Shown here piece by piece: positions 39,970-53,488 of a stretch of 60,000 nucleotides of DNA. The first letter of the stretch is position 1. Every line of letters starts with the position of its first letter. The translations under genes were made by a program, and so were the position numbers. The DNA is from Camelus ferus (Eukaryota): positions 83,082,001-83,142,000 of the forward strand of contig NC_045696.1 of NCBI RefSeq assembly GCF_009834535.1, read 5' to 3'. The notes below the pieces were generated by a model. The model was not told where the DNA came from and searched no databases. It saw only the letters and a list, made by a program, of their open reading frames with translations.

Positions 39970-41220
39970 TTAAAATATTTTGGCTTGTGGTGTGATGTGA
40001 GGCAGGGGTGAAGATTCTTTTATTTTTATTCCTATGTGAGAATTCAAGTGATCTAATGTCATTATTGAAAAGACCATTATATGCCTACTGCACTGTAGGG
40101 TGATTTTTGTCATAAATTTATTGACTTTGTATGATAAGGTCATTTTGCTGAACTTTTTATTATGTTCCATTGGTCTATTCATCCATATCTGGACCAATAC
40201 TACATTACCTAATTACTACAGTTTCATCTAGTAATGAAAGTTCTCTAGCTCTGTTCTTACTCTCCAAGATTGTCTTGGCTCTTCTTAGATCTTTACTTTT
40301 CCAAAGATATTTTAGAGCCAGCTTCCTAATCCCCCAAAACGGCAGGGATTTTGATCCCAATTGAGCTAGCAGTATCAGTCACTGTGGGTTGAAATTTCCA
40401 ATCCATAGCCATGGTATATGTCTCCATTATTGAGCTCTTTTAAAATTTCTGACAACAATATTTTGTAGTTTTAAGTTACAGGCATTAGATACCTTGCATC
40501 TAATTTATCTTTTTTTTAATATTTGACATTCTCGAACGAAATTATAAATTGAATCTTTAAAAAAATTCATATTCTATTTGTTTGCTTCTTGGATACAGAA
40601 ATACTATTCATCTCTCTTCATTGATACAGTATCCAGGTAACCTTGCTAAAGTTACCTTTTAGTTCTAACAGTATGTAGTTTCTTTGAGTAAGTTACCTTT
40701 TAGTTCTAACAGTATGTAGTTTCTTTGAGATTTCCTAGACACATAATCATGTAGTCCAGGAATAATGGGAATTTTAAGTATTTCTTTCTAGCAGGTTTTT
40801 TCTTGACTTATTACACTGGATGCGACTTCAAGGGCAATTTTGCAAAGAAGTGGTGATAACAGCATTCTTGTCTTGTATTTCCGACCTTAAGGAAATAATT
40901 TTAGCATTTTACCACAAAGTATAATGCTTGCTTTATTTATTTTTATAGATTTATTTAAAAATCAGACTTAGGAAGTACTTTTCCTCATTTGCTAAGAATA
41001 TGTGTATGGATATATGTACGTATATGGGTGTGTGTTTTATTATAATGAGTGTTGAATTTTTCAGACACTTTTCTGCATCTATTAACACGTGTAATTTTTG
41101 GTCCTATTTTCCCCTAATACTGTGGTGCTCTACACTGATTGACTTTCAACTGCAAAACTGCCTTTGAATTCCTGTTATAAACTCCCTTGGGCAAGGCATA
41201 TTATCCTTTCTATATTGCTA
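39970..41220 (-). mobile_element. Old L1 ORF2 fragment (inverted 5' part of an L1)
   Basis: Reversed ORF2 motifs; ORF 39970-40197 resembles decayed L1 ORF2. Confidence 0.75.
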
Positions 41221-42800
41221 GATGAACTGTAGATTTAAATTTGAAAGATAAGACAACAAAGCTTTTAGGAAAAAACATAACCAAATATACACATGAGCTT
41301 GAGTAGGCAAAGAATTATTAAACAGGGCTCAAAAAGTTAAACACAAAGACAAAAAGGAAAATAATGAAAAATTCAACCATATTAAAATTAAGAACCTCTG
41401 TTCATTGAAGGATATTAGTAGTAACAGAGTGCAAATGTATGTCACATATTTGTAATATTTGTAACACATACAGCCTATGAAGGACTATACAGGAGATAGG
41501 AAGAACTTTTACAGGCCAATAATGAAATGCAGGCAACCCACTTAAAACTTGGGCATACTACTAGAACAGACATTCACAAAAGAGAAAATCCAAATCACAA
41601 TAAGCATATAAAAGGGAATAAATATCATTAATTTTCAGGTGAGTGCAAATTAAAATCACAATGAGATACCATTAAACACACCCCCAGAATGGCTAAAACA
41701 AAAAATACATGTGATTATCAAGTGTTTTCGCAACGTGAGTATTTCTTATAAAAGTGTAAAATTTTACAAGCATTTTGGAAAACTCTTTGGTGGTATCTGT
41801 CTGATGCAGGAATTCCCCTACTATACCTGACAGAAAGGCCTGATGTACTGACTGGCACAATATATATAAAGAAATGTTTTATATTACGATTCTTTTTGGC
41901 CCCAAATTGAAAACTACTCCCATAACCACGGTGGTAGCCAGCCTCGGAGTCGGTCTGCAACGTCCCTGCTTTCTGGAATTCACATTCCTTTGCAGTCCCC
42001 TCTCACACTGAAAGTCAGTTACCGAAGACTTTGGCTTCTCTCCTGTGCTCTCCCTCCTCCTCCCCTCCTTTCTCTCTTTTCTTTCTCTCTCTCTGTCTGT
42101 CTCAAAAACTCCCTTGGGAAAGCCAGCCACCATATTATGAGAAATGCCATGCAGAGACCTATGAGCTGAGAAATTGAAGCCATTGGCCAATGGACGCATA
42201 AGTGAACTTGGAAGAAGTCTGCTTCAGTCAGTTCTTCAGAGACTGAGCCTGGCTGGCAGCTTCAGCAGAATCTCGTAAGAGACGCTGAGTCAGAGACCCC
42301 CAGTGGCACTGCGCCCGGGTTCCTGATCCTCAGAAACAGTGTAAGATTATGTTTGTTCTTTAAAGGTGCAAGTTTGTTGCAGATTAGGGGTAATTCGCTA
42401 TGCAGACATAGATAACTAATACATCCATCAACAATGAACTTGGAAAGTGTGGAATACTCATAAAATGAAATACTAAACAGCACTAAGAATGAGCGAACTG
42501 TAACATTATCCAACATTACAGATGAATCTCACAAATATGTTTAGTAAAAGCAACCAGATACTCAAGAGCACATACATCATGATTGTATTTGCATAAAGAT
42601 CAAAAAGCCAGCTGGCAAAGTGGATCTACAGCACTAGAAGTCAGGATAGTTACTCTTCCATGAGGCATAAGGGGGCTTCTAGGAATATTGACAGTATTTT
42701 ATTCCACAGTCTGAGTGTTGGTGACATGGATGTGTTCATTTTCAAAAATGTATCACACTGAACTCTTATGATTCATTCACTTTTCTATACGTGTGTTACA
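41221..42800 (+). mobile_element. Old L1 3' part (L1MC/MD-like), interrupted by an MLT1 LTR
   Basis: tgcaaattaaaatcacaatgagatacc..agaatggctaaaa; gatgaatctcacaaa..agaagtcaggatagt. Confidence 0.75.
41930..42422 (+). mobile_element. MaLR LTR (MLT1-like) nested in the L1
   Basis: ggtggtagccagcctc..agccagccaccat..cagaaacagtgtaagat..cagacatagataactaatac. Confidence 0.7.
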
Positions 42801-43071
42801 ATTACACAGTTTAGTTAGGTTGAAGGGGGAAGTGTCATGTGAATTTCTCAGTGAGGGCCTCTGAACAACACAAAAAACTATCATTTGATGATAGCTTAGT
42901 AAAAGTACAGAATCACTTTACATGTTGTCATTTCCTATACTGATTCTTGATAAAAATAAAGCCCAAAATAGGGAATCAGTGTACCATGAAGAAAATTCTC
43001 TAGGGAATTACATTAATAAGATCCCAGTATATCATTTTCTAATAATTAAATTTAACTCTAGGATAAGCTTA

Positions 43072-43210
43072 GCAGTGTTTCTCAAACTTTAATATGCATA
43101 AGCAATATCTAGGGGATTGATTTAAAAGTGAAGATACAATGTCTCTATTCCCAGAGAGTCTGATTCAGCAGGCCCGACAAGGGGCCATTAATTTGTATTT
43201 TTAACAGATA
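43072..43210. mobile_element. MER5-like DNA transposon fragment
   Basis: cagtgtttctcaaactttaatatgcata..cccagagagtctgattcag. Confidence 0.6.
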
Positions 43211-45010
43211 TTTTAGTGAAATACTTTGTAAAATATGAAATAAAATTGTACAGGTGTTTTGTGTAAACCTTGGTACATAAGCACATTTCTGAATTCTAAA
43301 TAAAAACCATAGTTTTAACTGTAAACACATGATATTTTATACTTTTTTCTAACTTCCCTCAAAATGAAGGTGACAAAAAATAAAGCTTGAATATAGAAGC
43401 TTATATTTTAAGTGTCTCCGGAGAATTAAAACGATATAAACTAAAAAGAATCACATATACTTTGCTGACTCTAATATATAACTTCTGTTGCAGGCAGAGG
43501 GGGTGATGTCTATAAAATATATGCACCTGAGGTATAATAAAATGTCACTGTGATGTGAACACCCCCCCACACACACACACACACACACATACACACACAC
43601 TCTTAAACTGCGGTCCAAATAGCCAGTTATGAATCCTTAAATAAAAGCCACCACAAAAAGTTTAAAAAGCAAACAAAAGAATTTTCAGTGAGATCACAGT
43701 GGCTTCTGAGAAGTGTATCTGTGCCTATATTGTGTCCCTCACTTCAACTGACGAATCTTCACCTGCTGTGGAAATGACTACAGCAGGGAAAACACATGAT
43801 CCTGACTTGGACGGAAGAATAAACAACAGTTCTCACAGGGCAAATATCCAAATAACCCGTTTTCATGCAGTTACACTAATAACAAGCAAAGCAAGGCAGG
43901 AGGAATCCTGAAGATATAAGATATGTAGGTAGAATTATTTATAAACTGTATGATCCTGAACCTGCCCAAGAGGCATCAGCAAGTCTTTAAAAAGTCCCTC
44001 ACGATCACTGTTACAAGTACGGCAGGAAATAGCATACAGCAGTAATAAACCACGGGCAGTTACAGAAGCAGGCGCAACGTTTACTTTACCAAATGGGGTT
44101 TATTTTTCCTCTGTAGTCTCCTCTTAATAATACGAGCCCCAAAGTGAGGTCTGTGTCTAGATTTATGAAGTAAGTGAAAATGGGGAGGCCCCTGGTCCTC
44201 TGGCACACCAGCCACTCTGTAATCAAGCAACAGCTTGCTGGGCAGGAGGATGTGGCTACCTCTGTGTTCCGTGCATTAGTTAGGCCTGGTGGTGCTCATT
44301 AAATTCTTAATGGGGATGACAATACTACAACCAAAAGAAGATTATAAATGCAGCCACCCTAGGTGCAAAATTATGGGCCAGATTGGAAGTCCCCTATTGC
44401 TGAGCCCATGGACTTTTCGACTAGAACTATTGCATGAAAGGATGTGTAAACATGCTCATTAACATCTTCACTCTCTATAAAGTAACTGTTTGGCCCCAGT
44501 GAGGCAGGTAACATCTCCTCCTCTGGGCAGTGAACTTTAGAATAATCAGTAGTCAAGGTGGTGCCTCACAGTGCCAAAGAGTGACAAGGATGCTGGCATG
44601 CTGGCAGAAGTGGAACAAGAATGTACCTGTGTGTGTACATCTATCCATATATACATAGAGAAACACATATATGCACACACATATACATAAACACACATAT
44701 GCACACATATACACACCTATATGAAAGAAAAAAGAAGAAACATTTTCAGAACTAGTAAAATCAAGCCTCCATTAAATACAGAAATTATGTCCATTGTAAA
44801 CCAAACACAGAAATGTATTAACCAGGGCAAAGCCACAATATGGAGCTCTCTAGTTATTTTTCTCAAATGCTGACTTCACTGAGGGCCAGAGATAATTCCA
44901 ACCTCATATCTCGCTTTTGCCCTGTGGAGATTGCCATGAATAAAAGACTTGGTGTGATCCAGCATACGAGGGGCTAGTCAGTACTGCCCCTCCTCATCTG
45001 AGAAAGCAAC

Positions 45011-45416
45011 TGTGGTTGACTGATGGTAAAAACGCCCCCAGTTCTCCTCCCAGGCCTGAATCCCTGACCTTTGCAATGTGACTTTCAGCTCTTCACTTCC
45101 AGACGTGGAGCTGACCTCTCCACCTCTCCACCCCTTGGATCTTAGCTGGCCTTGTGACTTGGCCAGCTGACCATAGAGAAGTGACAGCATGTGGTTCTGA
45201 GATTAGACCTCAGAGGCCACCTTGGACCAGACAGACCTGCCAGCTGCCCACAGACTCTTGAGAGTCCAGCTGAGTCTGGCCAAGACAGCACAACTGCCCA
45301 GTCCATCCATGGACTTTATTTTTTTTTAATTCCATGGACTCTTGAGCAATAATAAATAGTTATTGTTTTGTGTCATTAAACTTGGAGGCAATGTGTTACA
45401 GAGCAGTAGCTATGTA
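45011..45416 (+). mobile_element. MaLR LTR (MLT1-like)
   Basis: ttgcaatgtgacttt..ctggccttgtgactt..aataaatagttattgtttt..tgttacagagcagtagcta. Confidence 0.7.
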
Positions 45417-48400
45417 ATCTTGCCCGACATTACAGTGAGAAATTCCCTCTTTAAAGAAAAGATGTTTTCTTACATTCCTTTTTTGATCCTAGATTATAGC
45501 TACTATTACCATTTTTTGCTAGCTCATATGAGGAGCAGTTCAAAGTGCCCCATACAATTACTACAGTTAATGGCTTTATAAACCCAAATTTCTGGTAAAC
45601 TGCTTTACCTAAACAGGAGGTCTGGTTTTAACCTCAGAGACAATGCTTTCTTGTCCTTGACCCTCTGCATTAGAAAAGGTAGTTCAAAGGACAAGTAGCT
45701 GGTACAGGAAAGCAGTGGGAAGATTAAAAGTGATCCAGGCACGAGGTGACTGGGGACCCAGATGAAAAGCGAGTTGCATCATGAATAGGCAAACTCTCTA
45801 GTAACCTTTTCATTCTCAATTGGCACTTTGAACTGAAATCAACCTCAAAAGCTCAAGATGAAATGTGCTCAGAAAAATGACTAGTATCTTCAAATCATCA
45901 CGGACAGATGCCAACCGGGACATTGGTCCCAGGGTGGTCTTCTCTTAAGTGAGCAAAGACAAACATCCTAATATTCTTTCTTCTTAAGAACCAAACTCTA
46001 ATTGCTGAGCAGACTGTTCCCAGGCAAAGGAATCTGAAAATAACTTGGTATCCAATCTATTACATATTTGAATTCAAGTGATAAAAGAAACCATATAATT
46101 TTAAACATGAGCTTTCTAAAAACACTGGTGATCACAACATATTGAAAAAGCTATAACTTGGAAGAGACTGTAAAATCTCATCAAGACCAAAAAAAATTAA
46201 AAAGAAAAAATCCTATTCCCTGACTCCTGTAGATTTCCTGCTTTGGCCCCGGGGTGGCCACCACAGGAAACCCTCTTCCTGAAGACGGAGGCAACTGTAG
46301 GAGAGGTCATAGTTGTTACTACTTCTAACCATTGCCACATGTGTTTCATGGCCCAGTCTGCAAATACCAGCACCACTAGTTGCAAAGAAACACAAAATTC
46401 AAATGAGAGTGAATTTCACACTTGAGGCAACAGGCAGCTTTACATTTGGATATGACATTCAGAGCTATGTAAAAATACTACTTTGCATACACATTATTGA
46501 ATGCTTTGCCTTGGAAACCAATTCATGTGCTGTGTGCCAGGACCAAGGGAAAGCTGGTGGTGCTGACTGGCAGAGTCTTTCATTTAAGTTACAGAAGTCC
46601 AAGAAGGAATATAATTTCCCCCAAAGCATTTTTTATAAAGAAACGAAGGCAGAAAGCTTTGGGGATGGACTTACTAGCACCTACAATGAGACAAACACAC
46701 CCTCTGAAAGACAGAGAAACTGTCTTTTCCCCCAAATCGGTAGTGAAAATGACTACAGAAATTTACATAAATAACACAGCACAGTTCACCAGCTTATCTT
46801 TTTTTTAAATTTAAATCTCTTGGAAAGCAGTATCTGGATATTCAGAAAATTAACTGTCATAGTAAGAGTTACTAATTATTGAGGATCTACCATGAGAAGA
46901 CTGTGGAGCAGTTTTTATATAGTAACCCTGGTCCTCACAGCAATCCTTCACCAAAGGGAATTATTGTTATTCCAATTTGAAAAATTAGGAAAATGAAAAG
47001 GAAATGACCTATAATTCACCAGAAGTCACATTTGAAATACATTCGTAATTTAAATAAGTAGTTTTGATTAGAACAATGTTAATGAGGTTTTTTTGGCTGG
47101 CTTTCACATTTGTGATTATTCATTTTTTGCTGGCCCTATGAAGCCATCAAAACCAGAATTATTTAAGAACTGACACCAACTCCTTTAAGACCTGTCTTCT
47201 CTTCCTCATCTCCCTTTTCTATTCATATCTCAAAAGTCCTCTATTCCCCATTTAGATATCTATTTTTCATTGATCATCTTATTCCCAAACTCCTACTCAA
47301 CTAAATGCTATGGTTACGCTCCATGAAAACAAGATGCGGATTTTAGACTGTGAGGAAGACTTCATCATAACTGGCATATCTTGGACTGATTCTCCAGTTA
47401 GCAAACCAAGTCACACAAGGCTCCAGAGGTCACCTGTCTTCCTTGGAGGACAGCCCTCCGTACCAAATTTCTTGACTAGTATGTACATGGCCATCATTTT
47501 CTCACTTAATTATTGTCAAAGACCTCTGAGTTAATGTCTACATGTATGTGTTTAATAAATAAGAACTTGAAGTTGGTGAGAAAGGCAGAGCATCTTACAC
47601 TGTGTGTTCTTTCCAGAGCAGATACATTTTAACTCAGATAACTAAAACACACTCAAACTCTTTGACCTCAAAGTTGACACGTAATTAATCTTTAATGAGT
47701 TATTAATATTCTTTGCAAAGTTTTAAAAGGCCTTGCTAGGGACTAATAATAAAATTATTAAAATTTGAAAAATTAGCCCTGAACAGATGAGTAGGATATT
47801 TTACTATCTTGTCAGGTGGATAATGGACTTGAATACTAAGTGTGTGGAATGTGCCACTTTACGAAGTCTGGCTTGTGCAAACGTTTGCAGGGCATTTCTT
47901 AAAACTATTTATCATCTAGTCTTTTCATATGTTTTCAACCAGAATTGTCTTACTTTTCATTTTCAAAAATCTAAAATAGAATAGAAAAAAAGACTATAAC
48001 ATCCAAGACAGTGCAATATTAAGACTTCATGTTAGAACCACAAAGAACACATAATTCAAGACTGATGGCAATAATAATTTAAGAGACTAAATATAATTTG
48101 AATTGGCTTCTTTACCGTTTCAACAGTATTGTAATATTGAAGTAGACATCATTGTTTCCCCTTAGATAATTTCCAAGTTTGAACAAGATAATGGAGGTGA
48201 AAAATGCTTGTAAAGCATAAAAATGTTAAACGGTTTTGATCATGATATGATTATTAGAGTCATCAGACTGCTTCGTCATATTTAGTTTGTTATAAACATG
48301 TACACTTCTAAGTACACTATAGAAGGGCATGCTAGCACTACCATTTTGCATTCTCTTAAAATTTAAATAAAAATTTAGCAACATACAATGGGGATAGTTC

Positions 48401-50603
48401 AGATTCTACAATATAATGAAATATAATTTCCTAGTAATAGCTAACACACATCATCCTTGTAAGAATTCATAGGCAATTCAGTGATATTACAGATCTTCTT
48501 CCTAAAGGTTTGAAAAGTTTCAGCTCGAGCTTCCGAAACACATTAATTGTGTGGAGACTCACAAAGGTAGGCATCCAGGAAGTCTGAGCTCTTTGCTGCT
48601 GTGCTAAAGTGAGGCACATTAAGTGGTCTGCAGGCTTCCTTCCCTTTCTTCTCTCTGTTCAGACAATTGATTAATGATGGCACGAAAACACAGTTAGTGA
48701 GATAGACAGTATCTTAAAATAGCAGAAGGATTTTTTTTTTCCCCCAGTGTCTTGGGCCTGTCATTATTATTATAGAAAAAAAGCAAATACACATATCTCA
48801 GCCTGAGCATCACTATTGTCTCTGAAGCCAACAGGCAGTTATTTATTCCAACTTGGAAATAACTATTATGATCCGTCAGGCATTTAAAATTGAGCCACTT
48901 CAAACTGTTTGAAAATTAATACACATATTTCATTTGATTTTTTCCCTTCATATTCCATCTATGTTTGGGCCTGGGAGATAGAAATTATTTGTAATGTAGT
49001 AACAGGCACTTTCCTTCAATGTGTTCCTGGAAAACAGACTATGTTAGAAAGTTACAGTATAATTATGTACTGCTGTGCTATCAGTTTTTAAGACTCCCTA
49101 ATTTCAGAGACATTAAAATGTCAAAAAAAATTGTGTCAGGATACATGATATAAATATTGTATGTGTGTGAATGTGAAAGAGAGGGAGGAAGAGGGAGAAG
49201 AAGTTGAAACTTGACAATAGAAAAATTTAATGAGTTTTAAAAGCTATGTGTTTCTCCAGGTATCTATCAGCACAGTTATTTAAATATGTTCCTTGCAAGT
49301 TTCACGTGAGAGCAAATTTCCAAGTATTTGATTTCATTTCAACATGAATAGCTCTCAGGGATTTCAAATCTTTTCTATCATAACTACATTGGGCCTGACC
49401 TTCATTAGTGAGAGAGATCAAGAATGAATAAGATTCATCAACAGGAAAATGATGTAGGCGGATGACCAGAAGGGATAACACATCTTGAAGAGGCAAGAAT
49501 ATTTTAAACATTCTGTTGACAGAGGGAAAAAAATGGGTTAACCATTTTGTTTCCTTCCTTGTTGAGCTTTCTGGGAAGGTAGTCTACAAGGGCTATTTTA
49601 ATTTCCTCATCTACCATTCATTTTTCTTCCCAAATTGCATGTCATGTTTTTTTCAAAAATTACTGTCCTAAATCATAAATCCTATGCTTGTCCTCCATCT
49701 TTTTCTTTGCCTTTTTAAAGCAGCATATGGGACAGTGATTATCCTTTTATTCTTGAAAGTCATCTTTCTCTGGAATAGTATCGTTGAGTTCTCCTATTTC
49801 CTTTCCACCTTTTCCCATCTTTCTAAGGCAGGAGTCACAAATGCAGGTCCTTGGAGAGCCAGGCAGGTAACCCCCAGGAGAAAGCAGGTGGAGTCTCAGC
49901 GGGTGAATCCCCAGGGAGTTGGGAGCGTGTACGACCAGTGGGAGAGTGCCTGCCCCCATAAAGAGGGGTGAGCTCGTTAAACGGAGCCATTTGCCCATAC
50001 AGAGGAATATAGGTCCAGAGTTCCTACATCTTCTGATTTTTTAAATATCGAATCACATTATTTTGAAAAGAATTTGCCTGCCATTCAAAATACAAGTCAA
50101 ATTCAGCTCTAAGGCTGACAGTTTGTAACATCTGCTCCAAGTAAATCTTTAGTCTCACTCACTGGTTTCCCTTTCCCTGGATTCCCCTAAGTGTAGGGAA
50201 GTTAGCGAAGTTCCTGGCTTTGCCCTTTAGCATCTTCTCCTTACTCATCTCACCCTACCCATCTCTCTGGTGACGGTTCTCACTTCTACACTACTAGCTC
50301 CCATCTCTCCTTTGAGTTCTTAGGACCTGATTTTCCAACAGTGCTGCTCACGTATGTCCCACTCAGCACATCTCAAACTATACCTACTAAATAATTTTCA
50401 AACTCAGTAATCTATCGTTTTCCTTATCTACTTACTAAAACCTGTGACTTGGGTTCCAATCCTAACACCCGTCCCTTACTCACCACGTGGCCTTATGCAA
50501 ACTACTCTGCTTCTCTGTGCCTCCCTTTCCCTACATGGAAAAGAGGTAATATTAGTCCCTATCACTCAAGGTTAACGTGAGGGTTACAAAATTATTGACT
50601 AGA

Positions 50604-51001
50604 AGACAGAGAAAGACAAATATCATATGCAGATGATATCACTTATATGTGGAATCTAAAAAACTGAAACCAATGAACTTATTGACAAAACAGGAATAGA
50701 CTCACAGACATAGAAAGTAAACTTACTGGTAACCAAAAGGGAAAATTGGAGTGAGGGATAAATTAGGAATTTGGGATTCACAGATATGCACTACTATACA
50801 TAAAATAGATAAACAACAGTTCCTACTGTATAGCACAGGGAAGTATATTTGATATCTTGTAATAACCTATAATGAAAAAGAATCTAAAAAATAATATAAA
50901 AATAATGTATATAAAACAGAGTCACTTTGCTGTACACTGGAACCATTATAAATCAACTATACTTGAATAAAATTTTTTGTTAAATTAAGAAAAGCAAAAA
51001 A
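50604..51001 (+). mobile_element. Artiodactyl-type L1 3' end, 5'-truncated, inserted in a MIR
   Basis: gacaaatatcatatg..tcacttatatgtggaatctaaaa..aatcaactatacttgaataaa, an A tail and a 16-bp TSD aaaattattgactaga (50588-50603 and 51002-51017). Confidence 0.9.
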
Positions 51002-52039
51002 AAAATTATTGACTAGATAGCAGGCTACAAAATGGAATTTTTTTGTTGTCTCAGATTTGCAGAAGAGACCTCAAGTCAAGGTGTGCTATACAACGTATTC
51101 AGGTCTTGTTAAGGAAGCATTAATCTAGTTTTGTGATACTTATCTGTTCAGTCACTTTGAGGGAATATAATGAGTTAATTAAAGATTGGCAGAGATTTTC
51201 TTTAAGAAGAGAGGTTTTTTAGCTTATAATTTATCGACTTATGTGCTAAATGCCTGTCCAAAGCTATAATATGTATTAACCTATCCATAGGTTATAAGAA
51301 TCTGACTAGATAAATCCTTCATTAGTCCCATTTTACAGATGAGAAAACTGAGATTATTAAGTACTTACTTAATGTCACAGACAGCATAAGTGGAGAAGCC
51401 AGGATAGGAAGGCAGGCAGTCTGGTCCCAGGTTGCAGCAACTCACTGCTGTCCTGGACAGCATCTTTGGAGTTGCTGGAGGTCGGCTGCCTTCCTCTCCA
51501 CTCCATGGAAAGCTTTCCCTTCACCTTAAGCCAAGTATAGGGTATTGAGAGAACTACTTTGAGAGTATGATACCTGCCTCCTGGAAACTGAGAGATTCGT
51601 GAGCTGGTAGCAGACTCACATTTGAAGAGGAGAGACCAGAAAGAGGTGCTTCCACCAGCAAAGCACAGGAGCTTCTTTCCAGGGACATCTGCCGGCCCCA
51701 TAGAGGTCATGCTGGAAGGGGATCCACAGTGAAAGGGGTGGAGGCCAAGAGCAGGGTGAGGATGGAGTGAAGAGGCCCAGCATTTCTCGATTCCCTACTT
51801 CTGAGCTCGAGTGAGGCCTGCAAGGAAGGCTAGGCAAGAAAACAAGCTTTACATTGGATTAAAAATGGAAGTTTTGGTAAGACAGAACTATGCTTTTTAA
51901 GCAGATTATGCAACGAAGACTGAGAGTGACTAGAAAAGTCATAGGATCTCTGAGACCTCGTAAAGAGACAGGGGGAAATGAATCAACAGGGAGGCTGAGC
52001 AGAGCAGAGATGTGATGGTGTGCTGCACATCGTGGCTGA

Positions 52040-52560
52040 GATCACATTCATTTATTCCTCAAAAATGTTTAGACCCTCCTAATTACCTCCAGAAGAAGGG
52101 CCAAATTTTCCACGTGGCAAACAGGGCTTTGGGTCCTTTGATTCTTATTATACCCCTTTTACCTTCATCTCCCATCACACCCAGACCTAAATCCAGTCAT
52201 GCTCCTAAGAAAGGAATGCCTGTCCATTTCACACCATGAGGCCATTGCTCATGCTGGTCACCCTGCCTGGCATGAACTTCATACAAGCCCACCCTTCAAG
52301 TTTTTGCTCATCCTTTAAGGTTCAGCAAACATCTCCCCACTTCAATGAAGCCTTCAGGGATTCCCCCTAATGGAATTAATCACAACTTCCTATCATACAT
52401 CTATTATCTCATCCTCTTCTAAAATATAGTTACATTCAGTGGTTTATACACCTTTCTCATCACTAAATTTGAATGAATTCCTTGAGGGTAGGAAGACATC
52501 TTTTTTAGTATCCCATATAGCATCTGGCAAGTGATATAGAAGTCTCAATAAACAAAAACA
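52040..52560 (+). mobile_element. L2 LINE fragment
   Basis: ttgctcatgctggtcaccctgcctgg..tcatcctttaaggttcag..ttccttgagggtagga. Confidence 0.6.
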
Positions 52561-53359
52561 AAATTAAAACTCAGTGAGTATTATGACCTGAGACCTCTCT
52601 CACCTTCAAAGCACTGGGCGAAATTCTCCAGATAATCTACACCATATGGACCTTCCAAAGGTATAATTTGTATTAACCTATTCAATCCTCCTAAGAATCT
52701 GGTGAGATAGGTCCTTTGTTACTCCCCCTTTACAGATGAGGAAACTTAGGCAGAATAAATACGTATTTGTTGCAAGTAGAGAAAGATAGAAGATCAGGAC
52801 TTAGAAGATCTTTGCTTGTGAAGGAAACAATGATATCTGGACATAATCATATCAAAAAGCAAATTAGAAAATAAAGTGTTCTGCATGTCATACCGGCCCT
52901 TATGTTTAAATACTAAGGAATCACAGTCCTAGAATGAATACATGTCAAACAAGTAAAACTAAATATTCAATCACAGTAGATAAAAATTCCAAAATACAGT
53001 GGACCATGAGCCAAACTAGTAATGCACAAAGGGCCTGGGTATATATATGAAAGGTGTGTGTACTGGAAGGTAGAACTTCTGGATGACTCACTGTGTCGAA
53101 ATAAGAATTTATTTTGTCCTCTGCCAGATATTGAGTTTAGGGCTCTGGAAGTGAGCAGCAAGAGTAATCATGGATTACTGTAGACAGCTAGCCAGATATA
53201 TTTACCAACACATAAAAAGAATTTTAAATGCAGTTAAGATTACTCTATAGAAACACAAAGGAATTGAGACTCTCAGCAAGTGCAAAATGCGAAGAAAGTT
53301 CTTTGGGTCATTATTTATGTTAGAGGATGAACAGGACTTATAATCAGCTTCTGATTTAC

Positions 53360-53488
53360 AGTATCTGTCAGCAGGCTCAGTCCAGCTGGACAGGCAGGTA
53401 CACTGGCTGGTATCAAGGTCCCACTGAGAACTCTCATTGCTGATATGGTGCAGCAGGCAGCGTAGGCTGTGGAAATACACTGGGCAAG
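53360..53488 (-). pseudogene. Fossil EGF exon (CPVYFHSLRCLLHHISNESSQWDLDTSQCTCLSSWTEPADRY)
   Basis: Exactly 129 bp, phase 1-1, no frameshift. Acceptor AG>AC, donor gtaaat. Four of eight Cys remain. Confidence 0.8.

Noticed and set aside
48760..48860. SDAQAEICVF resembling CDA..G.C.C
   Set aside because: Short AT-rich match without splice sites.
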